NCBI RefSeq assembly: GCF_006345805.1
Contig: NC_043004.1
Location: forward strand, 48,980,001 to 49,044,000
Length of the DNA stretch: 64,000 nucleotides
Direction of reading: 5' to 3'
Source of the DNA: Octopus sinensis
Lineage: Eukaryota
The notes below the pieces were generated by a model. The model was not told the DNA's origin, did no database searches, and was given only the letters and a program-made list of their open reading frames with translations. Both the position numbers and the translations under genes were made by a program. Below are positions 53,121 through 64,000 of this stretch, one piece after another (the stretch's first letter is position 1; each line of letters begins with the position of its first letter).

Positions 53121-54374
53121 GCTTCAGTGCAAAAAAAAAAAGAAAAAAAAAAAAGCTAGAACTCCACTAACGAAATCCCTTGATATATTTGTTCTACATC
53201 AAATTATACACACTCCCTTGTCAGATAAGTGATCAGAATCAGAAAAACAGTTACTGGCCCGTTGCAACCCTGCGTATTAGATTTAGAAAGCTGGAGCATT
53301 GTCTTTAAACTAATGGTTTTAAACTATCACAGATTACAACATGCAACAGAGACAAAAAACCCATCATTCGACCTGCCGTCTTAATAATAAAAGACACATT
53401 CGATAATGTAGTGTCAGATATGTTATATTTAAAAGACCGGATGATCGCGAATGGGATGTCTTTGATTATAGGTTTACTTCATGATCAGAACTGACATGGA
53501 ACTTAACAACAATAACAACAATAACAGCAATTGCAGCAGCAGCATCAGTAGCAACAACAGCAACAACAAAAGGGACTAACGTTGCGTTGAACTTGGAAAG
53601 CAGGGGTTTTGTCAGTTCTCTAATAATGATTTTAAATCTTCATGAAGTTATTCAGTATTTGCATAGCTATGGTAGACGTCGTTAATGTTATGTTTGAACC
53701 GCTGACGGACACTAGAAATTGTTGGACACACAGCTTGTCCAGATATGTAATCTAACCGACATCGAATTGCACTGAGTCTAATGAGTGAGATATTCCAAGA
53801 AAGCTTATAAACATCTAAAGAAATCTGCTGTCCGACTCCCACTGGAGAGAAGACAGCCTCTAGCCTGAAAGGTCTACTCTAGGGCTTCTCATCCATTTTT
53901 TTTTTACCTATGGATCCCTTGATTACTATTTCATTTATAGATGTTTCTTTCAAATTTCCTATTTCGTTTTTCACTTTCACTTTTGTAGGTTGAACTATGT
54001 CAAATGCAAGAGAAAGAAACGAAGCTATTTCTTGCAATACATACTCTTTACTCTCTTTACTCTTTACTTGTTTCAGTCATTTGACTGCGGCCATGCTGGA
54101 GCATCGCCTTTAATCGAGCAACTCGACCCCGGGACTTAGTCTTTGTAAGCCCAGTACTTATTCTATCGGTCTCTTTTGCCGAACCGCTAAGTGACGGGGA
54201 CATAAACACACCACTCCTGCGCCTAATACTAATACATAAATTTAAGGCAAAATTTTTTCAGGGGCCCTTAAAACACTATTGTGAGTCCGCAATTTACTAT
54301 TTTGTTTCGTGGACCCCTAAAAATCTCATATGGGCCCCTCGGGGGCCATATGGTCCCCGGTTGAGAATCACTGG

Positions 54375-55800
54375 TCTATGCCTTCATTACTGGGGAAGAC
54401 CATACTCACCTTTACGTCTAGGTCTTTTTGAAACGGTTCTTCCACACTACTTGATCCAGGCTGACTGAAGGAAGCAATAAACTTCGTTGCCTTCCAAAGG
54501 GAAAGCAAGCAACTACCTTTTGGAAATTCTGGTCTCGCTTTTGGTTCCTGCATCCAAACAGAGACTCGAGATCGTTCAGCAGATGCCCCTGCTTCCACGC
54601 CTCACTTGACCCGCGAGCATTTATACAATTTATTCTAAGTATTGCCATTCCAGAAGGAGAAGAACCAAAACTGATGAATCAGCCATTTACCCTAATCTTG
54701 GGTTAATCCCTTTTGGGGCTCTTTCTACGGGCTTTCTATGAAAGATATATTTGCAATAAAGGCAGTTTTAATGCGAAGTAACACTTAAATGTGGATGTTC
54801 TGTTCGAACAAACTATACTGCAGTAGATATCATTGACAGAAACTCTCATGTTGGCTTTCAGTGCAAAATACACGCTTGTCTGTATCGCTAGCGGGGAGAT
54901 AAACCTCCACCACCTCCAGCATCGAGACCTCCAGATCACTTGGTTTCGACCTTCCTTGGTCTTGTCAGTGATGGACCCTCGACTGTGAGTGACAGAAGCG
55001 ACTCATCTCATCGCCAGCAATATACAGAAAAACAGTGAAAAACAGTGCCAGGACAGGCGATGGTGTCTCGATCAGCTAGTGAACTTGTCCGTCATTGACA
55101 AGACAAATCCTTAGAAGGATTTCTTAACATCTTTCCAAGTTTTTGAATCCTACCATATCATGTGATAAACGCTTTTTCAAAGCACGATACATTGTTGGAG
55201 TCATTCTTATCAGAACACTTCCTTGTGAAGTTCTGGAAATGGTGAACGCTTCATGACGCTCACCTGTTAAAATATTGTTTTTGTTACAATGTACAATCTT
55301 CAACTTATTGTTCTTCTTTCGGAGGACTGTGCAATTAAAATGCTCGATCATGAATAGTTGCTGTAATTATTCTGGTTCTTATGACTGATATGATTGGATG
55401 CCTTTGCTTTTGCTCCTTGATTAGCCGCTGTTGCTGAGGATGTGGTTTCGATTCTAGGTGTTGCTGTTATTAGCCTGTCTTTTTAATTGTTTTCGTTGTG
55501 GTTGTCGTTGTGGCATCGTTGCTGCTGTTGTAATTGTTAGCCTGTCGCCTGGGTTAATTGATGGAACACATCTTTCTGAATTATTAAGCTTGATGCTCAA
55601 ATGCTTTTTGGATTTAGGGGCCAAGTCGGTATATTCACCAACACGACCTGTTCCTTCTTTTTTTAGGGTCGATCCACTATCACCCATTCAGGGGCTTTTT
55701 GTGTTGATCGAAGCCACTTCAATATGAATATCTAAGAACTCGCCTGGGGTTGCATTTGATTCCTCCTGTATCGCTTGTTGATGTCGGTAATGGTGGAGAT
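54375..55800 (-). mobile_element. decayed L1/Tx1-like 5' part (ORF1 relic plus ORF2 endonuclease start)
   Basis: MAILRINCINARG.SEAWKQGHLLNDL at 54648 resembles an APE endonuclease N-terminus, followed by SFSQPGS...FQKDLDVKV; the ORF1 assignment is weak. Confidence 0.5.
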
Positions 55801-56706
55801 GATACCGATTTGTGATGATACTGATTTATATAGGACGTCACCTGATCCTAGTCAGGGTCACAAACGAACCTTCCTCGTTGGAACTTGGTAGGCGTAATGA
55901 CCATGCTAGAGGAGCACGGGGAGATTAACTCCTAAATATGGGATAGGAGCTTTGTTTGCGAGCCTTTCTCTGAATGGAGAAATATTTTCTTGCTCTTGTG
56001 ACTGTTGTCTTCGTAATAGTTGTTGCTGCAACCCACTTTGTACATTTAGTGTGAGGAGCAACGATGCAGAGCAACGCACCGCACTTAACCGTTTCACAGC
56101 CAGGCAGAGTACTTTGAGGTGATCTCTTTGGCTGTCGATATAGCATCTAGACTTTCTACTCTCTACCACAACTTGCATCTGCTCGCACTCTCCGCAAAAA
56201 AGAAATCTTGGATGCCCGGCAGATCCTTAAGAAACAATCAAAACCTGGAACTCCATTGACTACCCCCGTTCTATTTTGTGGGGTGGAGCACGGCTAGACT
56301 TATTTTGGGAGTTATCTTTCTCATGCACCTCTAGCATGGTCATTACTCTGGCCTGGTTCCTACGAGGAAGGTACGTTTGTGACACTGGCTAGGATCACGT
56401 GACGTCCTATATAAATCAGTATCGTCACAAACTACTGCGAGGTGCAGGTTGCAGCAGCTAACCTTACGATCTTTCTGTTGCTGTTGCAAATAGCTACCAC
56501 AGTGTTAGCTTGCTCTCATCAGGTGCGATGTATACTATGGAAGGCCACACTTCCCATGTATTTCTCGACTTCTGCCGGTGATGAATATCAAGGCTTCTTG
56601 TTTGCGCAGTTGCTTGTATACTGTAATAATATGCGTCTATCATTAGCGATATAGGTACCCTTAGTAGTATCCTTAGCAGTATTTCGTCCGTCTTTATTTT
56701 CTGAAT

Positions 56707-56935
56707 TCAAATACTTCCGAGGTCGACTTTGGCTTTTATACTTTCAAGTACTGGGGCTGATGTAACCAACTTCTTGTCATCAACTTCCACATCAAGGGTA
56801 GGTAGTTGTCCGTAAGTACCCCTTTCATTACCTTTACCTGGGTTCTTTTGGCAAAGAATCGTTTTCCCCGTGGTCATCCACTTCAGGATTTCCACCCCGT
56901 TGTTGATCATACCATCCATTTGCTGCTTATTCTTT
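56707..56935 (-). mobile_element. RLE non-LTR RT fragment
   Basis: KWMTTGKTILCQKNPGKGN resembles the R4-type 'W.T.GRT.L..KD..KG' RT-0/1 region. Confidence 0.65.
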
Positions 56936-56944
56936 CGTGTAATG

Positions 56945-57350
56945 CTGGGACAGGAGTTGCTGTGTGGTAAGTAGATTGCTTACCAATCACATGGTTCCGG
57001 GTTCAGTCCCACTGCGTAGCAGCTTGGGCAAGTGTCTTCTACTCGGGCCGACCAAAGCCTTGTGAGTGGATTTGGTGAACGGCAACTGAAATGCGTCCGT
57101 CGTATATATGTATATATTTATATGTAAGAGTGTGTATATGTTTGTGTGTCTGTGTTTGTCCACCCACCCTCCCAACATCGCTTGACAACCGATGCTAGTG
57201 TGTTTACGTCCCCGTAACTTAGCAGTTCGGCATAAGAGTATGATAGAATAAGTACTAGGCTTACAAAAAATAAGTCCTGGGATCGATTTGCTCCACTAAA
57301 GGCGGTGCTCCAGCATGACCGCAGTCAAATGACTGAAACAAGTAAAAGAG
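56945..57350 (+). mobile_element. SINE family A, full length, diverged
   Basis: Homology; a tail-only copy on - at ~57490-57720. Confidence 0.88.
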
Positions 57351-57705
57351 TATTACTGTCATCACCGTTTTTTGTTTTTTTTTATTTCTTTTAAATTTCC
57401 CTTTCCTTTGCTTTGACCGCTGGAATTGTAACAATTGTTTTGCTGTTGTATACGACTTAATCCCGATCGGCAATATTTTCGGATATATATATACTCTCTC
57501 TTTTAATCTTTTACTTGTTTCAGTCATTTGACTGCGGCCATGCTGGAGCACCCCCTTTAGTCGAGTAAACTCGACCCCGGGACTTATTCTTTTGTAAGCC
57601 CAGTACTTATTCTATCGGTCTCTTTTGCCGAACCGCTAAGTGACGGGGACATAAAAACACCAGCATCGGTTGTCAAGCAATGCTAGCGGGACAAACACAG
57701 ATACA

Positions 57706-57740
<35 letters not shown>

Positions 57741-57744
57741 CACA

Positions 57745-57775
<31 letters not shown>

Positions 57776-57989
57776 TATTATATATATATATATATATATA
57801 TATTTGTTTGTTTGTTTTTTGTGTTTTTTTCCAATATGGCCAACACAAGTTTAAATGCAAGAATGGTTTTTAGGAGAAATGGTGCCTGTTTCTGCTCCTG
57901 CTTCGTACTCAGATCACCTTAGCAATAATAGTCCACGAGCAAAAAACAGCAAAAAAAACTAAAAACAGTAAAACGGACATCAACGACGA

Positions 57990-59065
57990 GGATGATAGTG
58001 ACGACGCCACTAACGTCGGTGTTGAACCGCGACAACTCCAAGAACAACAATAATGAAACCATCAACAACAACAACAACAACAACAACAACAGAATAATCA
58101 ACAATAGCAATGGCAGCAACAACAAAGGTGCTAAGAGTAGCAACAAGAACGACAGTAACATTAACCACAACAGCAGCGGGAGCCATCACCACCACCTCCA
58201 CTAACACCACCACCACAACCACCGCCACCACCACTGCCACCACCACCACCACCACCCCAACCACCACCCACCACCACCACCACCACCACCACCACTACCA
58301 CCACCACCACCGCCGCCACCACCACCACCACCACCAACACCAACACCAACACCAACACCACCACCACCACCACCCCACCACCACCACCACCACTACCACC
58401 ACCCACCACCCACCACCACAACACCGCCACCACCACTGCACCACCACCACCACCACCCCACCACCACCCCACCACCACCACCACCACCACCACCACTACC
58501 ACCACCACCACCGCCGCCACCACCACCACCACCACCACCACCACCACCACACCACAACCAACACCACCACCACCACCACCACCCACCACCACCACACCAC
58601 TACCACCACCACCACCACCACAACCACCGCCACCACCACTGCACCACCACCACCACCACCCCACCACCACCCCCCCCCCACCACCACCACCACACCACCA
58701 CCACTACCACCACCACCACCGCCGCCACCACCCCACACCACCACCACCACCACCCCACCAACACCAACACCAACACCACCACCACCACCACACCACCACT
58801 CACCACCACCACTACCACCACCACCACTACCACCAGCACCACCACCAGCACCACCACCATACCACCACACCACCACCACTATCACCACCACTATCACCCA
58901 CTACACCACTATCACCACCACCACCACCACACCACCACCACACCACCACCACCCCACCACCACTACCACCACCATCACCACCACCACCACCACCACCAAC
59001 CACCACCACTACCAAAACTATCACCACCACACCACACACACCACCACTACCATCAGAAGTACAGC
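57990..59065. repeat. (CAA)n then (CAC)n microsatellite
   Basis: Direct reading; explains the 327-aa T/H/P ORF. Confidence 0.96.
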
Positions 59066-59461
59066 AACAAGGAAGACAACAAGGCAACAATAACATTATA
59101 TGTTAGAATAGCATCAACAATCGTAACAACAAAAAATCCGTAAAAGAAAAATAAAGAGGAACCCCCTTCGCGCTCGTCACAGATCAATGAACTTCTCATG
59201 CTCTGTAAGGTAAAGTGGACGCTATATAAACATATAACAACGATATTGTTCGCTTTGGAATCTTGTCACTCTCAGAAGATGAAATGTTGTGCACCGAAAA
59301 TAAAAATAAAAATAAGAGAGGCATAATTTACAATATACAAGTAAATCAACTGCGCAAACAGGAAGCCATGAAATACATGGGAAGTGTGGCCTTCCATAGT
59401 ATACATCGCACCTGATGAAAGCAAACTAACACTGTAGTAGCTATTTGCAACAGCAACAGAA

Positions 59462-59804
59462 GGAGGCGCAATGGTCCAATGGTTAGGGCAGCGGACTCGC
59501 GGTCGGAAGATCGCGGTTTCGATTCCCAGACCGGGTGTTGTGTGTGTTTATTGAGCGAAAACACCTAAAGTTCCACGAGCCTACGGCAGGGGGGCGACCC
59601 CTGTTGTACTCTTTCGCTCCAACTTTCTCTCACTCTTTCTTCCTGTTTCTTGTCCCCGACTTCCTGGATGCGCATTCACCCATCCGTCGATGCTCTCGGT
59701 ATCGGGGGTTGGCCTGCTTCCTCCTCTGCGGGTCTTACGAATGGCAAAGGACCACGTTTCGGACTTCTCCCATCTTGCGAGCTCTGGGACGAAGACCGTT
59801 CGCT
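59462..59804 (+). mobile_element. SINE family C, tail type 3, 14-bp TSD
   Basis: TSD caacagcaacagaa at 59448-59461 and 59805-59818. Confidence 0.9.
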
Positions 59805-59894
59805 CAACAGCAACAGAAAGATCGTAAGGTTGTATATATATATATCTATATATATATATATATATACCTTATATATATATATATATGTACACAT

Positions 59895-59925
<31 letters not shown>

Positions 59926-60513
59926 CATATACACCCTCCAATCACACACCTACACTTGTACATATATAAACATATGCATATCCGTATAAATGAAAGGGAC
60001 GTGTGTATGAAAGCCGCACTTATGCACCGGACACAGTCTTACATTCATATATATACATACACATATACACACACACATATACATATAAAATATATACATG
60101 CGTATACATATACTCATACACGTACACATTCACGCAATTAAAAATGAAAAAAAAAAGAAAAAATGAAAAATATATATAAAAAAAAATTAATAGAATGTAA
60201 GACATATGGGAAGCTTATGCAGGAACATAGTAAAAATGTGGATTCTAGCCGTAACAGGTATTTTATCGCATATGGACATGATCCAAAAAATTCAGTTCTT
60301 GAATTTAGACATGTAGCGGGGTCCAAAGAACTTTTCCAGATGAGTTATCTTTCCATATTACAAAGACCACACTTCCCACTACCGTTGGTATAAGGTTTAC
60401 ACTTGGCCAAGATCTTCCAGTAAATTCTATAGCTGATACCTTGTTCTTTTACTGGATAATTTGGTAGTTTTTCGTTTATTCCAATGTCTGAAGCATGGCA
60501 AAATTATGAGTTC

Positions 60514-60893
60514 GAAAATATGTGGAAAACATAAAAAGTGGAAGAGAAATGCCTTAGTTTCACATAGTTTAATATATTTTTATAAAGAAATTAAAAAAAT
60601 ATATATGCATATTTTATGGATATCCTGAAATCCGACTGGTTTTCGTTATTTAAATTAGCTTTTCAAGGGACATTGTGAAGTAATCAATTCTTGTGACAAA
60701 GGGGTCTCACAAGAATTGATTACTTGACAATGTCCCTTGAAATGATAATTTAAATAGCGAAAACCGGTTGGATATAACGACATCCATAAAATATGTATAT
60801 ATTTCTTAAAAAATTCTTTATAAAAAGATATTAAACTATGTGAAACGAAGGCATTTCTCTTACATTTTTTGTATATGTTTTCCACATATTTTC
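60514..60893. mobile_element. 380-bp AT-rich foldback (MITE-like)
   Basis: Arms of ~185 bp meet at the loop caaaggggtc (60697-60706). Confidence 0.8.
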
Positions 60894-61082
60894 AACAATG
60901 AGCAATCTCAAGTATAATCAACCGAAATTGCGAGGATTATCTGGTGCTTGACTGAGGAAAGAAAACTTCGAATGACCCGTCCTTGTTTTTTTCTGTATCG
61001 TCTATCTGGATGTTTTGTTGTCCCAATTTTGTATCACCTAGCTGTCCGGATGTTTTGCGTTCTTGTCCCATTTTGTATTATT

Positions 61083-61113
<31 letters not shown>

Positions 61114-61406
61114 ATATATATATATAATATGTTGGTAAAAACGGTAGATAACAAAGAAAGAAGGAGACCTCAATATTATGTAAATAGAGGAAATTTATCT
61201 ATAAAATAATATGTGACAATTATTAAATAGCCAAAATAAAACTCTGAGTTTGGATGCCGAGGTGGAAATCCACACACAATCTCTTCGATTATCTGGCCAT
61301 CTGAAAAATGCCTTTTCAGATTTATGTATATTCAATTTCAGATTTCCACCTCGGCATCCGAACTCAGAGTTTTATCTGGCTATTGAATAATTGTCACATA
61401 TTATTT

Positions 61407-61445
<39 letters not shown>

Positions 61446-61586
61446 TATATATCTATATATATATATATATATATATTATTTATATTTATACATATATACA
61501 TATATATATAATATTTATATATATTTATATATATATATATACATATGTATACATATATATATATATATATATCTATATATTATAGA

Positions 61587-61635
<49 letters not shown>

Positions 61636-61712
61636 TTTATTATATATTTATATATATATATATATATATAATATATCTACATATATAATATATATATATA
61701 TATTATATATAT

Positions 61713-61771
<59 letters not shown>

Positions 61772-61912
61772 TAATTACGGAGATATCTCGCATAGCAAGT
61801 AATTTGATCTGAGATCGTGTGCTGAAACGAAAACAATTGCAGCGTGGAAGGTGTTTATAAGCCATTTAAGAAACACACAAAAGCCGTTCGATTCACTTCA
61901 ACATAAGTTTAA

Positions 61913-61962
61913 TTTGTCAAAATATTTTCGTCGCTAAAATCCGCGACCTGTTCACTGACAAA
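61913..61962 (-). ncRNA. type-I hammerhead motif with G3-C8 swapped core
   Basis: UUUGUCA-GUGAACA-G-GUCGC(GGAUUUUA)GCGAC-GAAA-AUAU-UU-UGACAAA. Confidence 0.65.
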
Positions 61963-61992
61963 GTCCGTGCTGCATCTCCGTGCAGCACGGAC

Positions 61993-62039
61993 TTGTCAGT
62001 GAACAGGTCGCGGATTTTAGCGACGAAAATTTTGACAAA
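61993..62039 (+). ncRNA. second copy of the G3-C8 hammerhead motif
   Basis: UUGUCA-GUGAACA-G-GUCGC(GGAUUUUA)GCGAC-GAAA-AU-UU-UGACAA. Confidence 0.6.
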
Positions 62040-63156
62040 TTAAACTTAAATGTTGAAGTGATCGAACGGCTTTTGTGTGTTTCTTAATGGCTTATAAACA
62101 CCTTCCACGCTGCATTGTGTGTGTTATATATATATATATTATATATATATATATTATATATATAATATATATATATATATAATATATATATATTCATATA
62201 TATATATATACTCTTTTTTATCTTTTACTCTTTTACTTGTTTCAGTCATTTGACTGCGGCCATGCTGGGGCACCGCCTTTAGTGGAGCAAATGAACCCCA
62301 GGACTTATTCTTTGTAAGCCTAGTACTTATTCTATCGAATTTTTTTGCCGAACCGCTAGGTTACGGGGACAATATATATATATATATATATATTAAACTG
62401 AATTGCGTGACATAGTGAAAGAGTTAAAATTGTTGTGTTCTTAATAGCACAAAGTTATTTTTAAGAAGTCAATAAGTTTATTCTGAGAAACGATTTTAAC
62501 AAACTATATATGCTTTCTATCTTTGCTGCACTTTCTGAAATGCCATATCTTATACATAGTCTGGAAGCCTCCGCTGCAGGTGTTCGCATGCAACGCTAGA
62601 AATAGCTGTCAAATTATCAACAAATACCATGTTATTTTAACATGCCTATGAATATGCATACATGCACGCTCGCTCACACACACACACACACATGGCACAG
62701 ATAACAATGTGGTGTCTTATATATCAAATGATTCAATGATCATGGCTGGAACGTCTTATAATACATTGCAAGAACAAGTGCAAAAACAAGAACGACAGTT
62801 GGTACTTGAATTCTCGACCTTGTAGTTATGAATTTCGAATCCAGTCAGATTTGAAGATGGAAGGATATACCTGCATACTGATTTTATTTTGTCAAGAGAC
62901 AAATGTTCCTCATTTTGGTATACAAATATGAAGGGAAGTTGTCATGCTTCTAGCTTTCCAAGAACATCAGTAGCATTATATGAGAACCGAAACTGTGTCC
63001 TGTTTCCACAAACTACAAAATTACCTGCTGCATCCTACAAAACTATAAATGTAAAACATTTGGTCCCTCTTAGACTGTGTTGATTTAAAAAAAATTCTTC
63101 TGTGAGTCTTATAGCTTACCCCTTAAATATTTACAAAAGCATAACGAGCTCAGGGT

Positions 63157-63225
<69 letters not shown>

Positions 63226-63229
63226 TTCT

Positions 63230-63260
<31 letters not shown>

Positions 63261-63267
<7 letters not shown>

Positions 63268-63657
63268 TTGTTTCAGTCATTGGCTGCGGCCATGTTGGGG
63301 CACCGCCTTAAGTCGAAGAAATTGACCCCGGGACTTATTCTTTGTAAGCCTAGTACTTATTATATCGGTCACTTTTGCCGAACCACTAAGTTACGGGGAC
63401 GTAAACAAACCAGCATCGGTTGTCAAGCGATGTTGCGGGACAAACACAGACACACAAACATATACACACTCATACATATATACATGTATACGACGGGCTT
63501 CTTTCAGTTTCCGTCTTCCAAATCCACTTACAAGGCTATGGTCGGCCCGAGGCTATAGCAGAAGACACTTGCCCAAGGTACCACGCAGTGGGACTGAACC
63601 CGGAACAATGTGGTTTGGTAAGCAAGCTACTTACCTCACAGCCACTCCTGCGCCTAT
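63261..63657 (-). mobile_element. SINE family A, full length
   Basis: Homology; a tail-only copy at ~62215-62372. Confidence 0.9.
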
Positions 63658-64000
63658 ATAATTTTATCAGCTATTTAGGCCTTTATTAAATACCAGCAAA
63701 ACCCTTGGAACTTTTTCCATGACTACAAAAATGACAGATAAACATCATAACCGTCGCCACTACGACCATGTACCATTATCCTCACTTGCTTTTATTTAGT
63801 TCCAAGTTTCTACGTTTCTCTGTCATTTCCCCCTGTTTTCTCTATCTCACCTATGTAAATGCCACTCACTCACTCTATGTTTCTCCTTCCATTTCTCAGT
63901 ATGTTTCTTCATCCATCATTCCATCATTATCAACGACCAACGTGACCGCCAACACTCCTACCGACGCCTCAGCAACACAAATAATTAAGAACTGTTTCTT

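Larger units (their letters stand above)
61838..62114. repeat. near-perfect palindrome, ~137-bp arms, 6-bp loop
   Basis: Centre gtccgtgctgca-tctccg-tgcagcacggac; arms differ only by small indels. Confidence 0.95.

Noticed and set aside
53960-54050. Strong acceptor (ttcacttttgtag) at ~53988
   Set aside because: No donor before the downstream SINE and no recognisable peptide.
58110-59093. 327-aa T/H/P-rich mucin-like ORF
   Set aside because: (CAC)n microsatellite with frame-shifting indels; no splice or domain context.

Overview
A repeat-saturated animal genomic window, most likely octopus/coleoid cephalopod. This assignment is an inference from the recurring tRNA-headed SINE families and the huge (CATA)n/(TA)n fields. 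I found no host protein-coding gene that I can support: every long ORF in the track is a microsatellite translation or a transposon relic. Contents: at least four tRNA-derived SINE families (many copies, some nested with clean TSDs), fragments of RTE, L1/Tx1 and RLE (R4/Dong-like) non-LTR elements, mariner and hAT derivatives, foldback elements, and one 100-N assembly gap. The most interesting signal is a set of minimal type-I hammerhead ribozyme (HHR) motifs in several unrelated short repeat families, mostly next to (TA)n tracts. They include (i) a canonical-core GUC hammerhead at the apex of a 370-bp near-perfect foldback element (13014-13383), (ii) a hammerhead with the C3-G8 core pair swapped to G3-C8, present twice in a ~277-bp palindrome (61838-62114), and (iii) three families sharing a U4->C core (CCGANGA). 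All folds were made by eye and none has been tested for cleavage.
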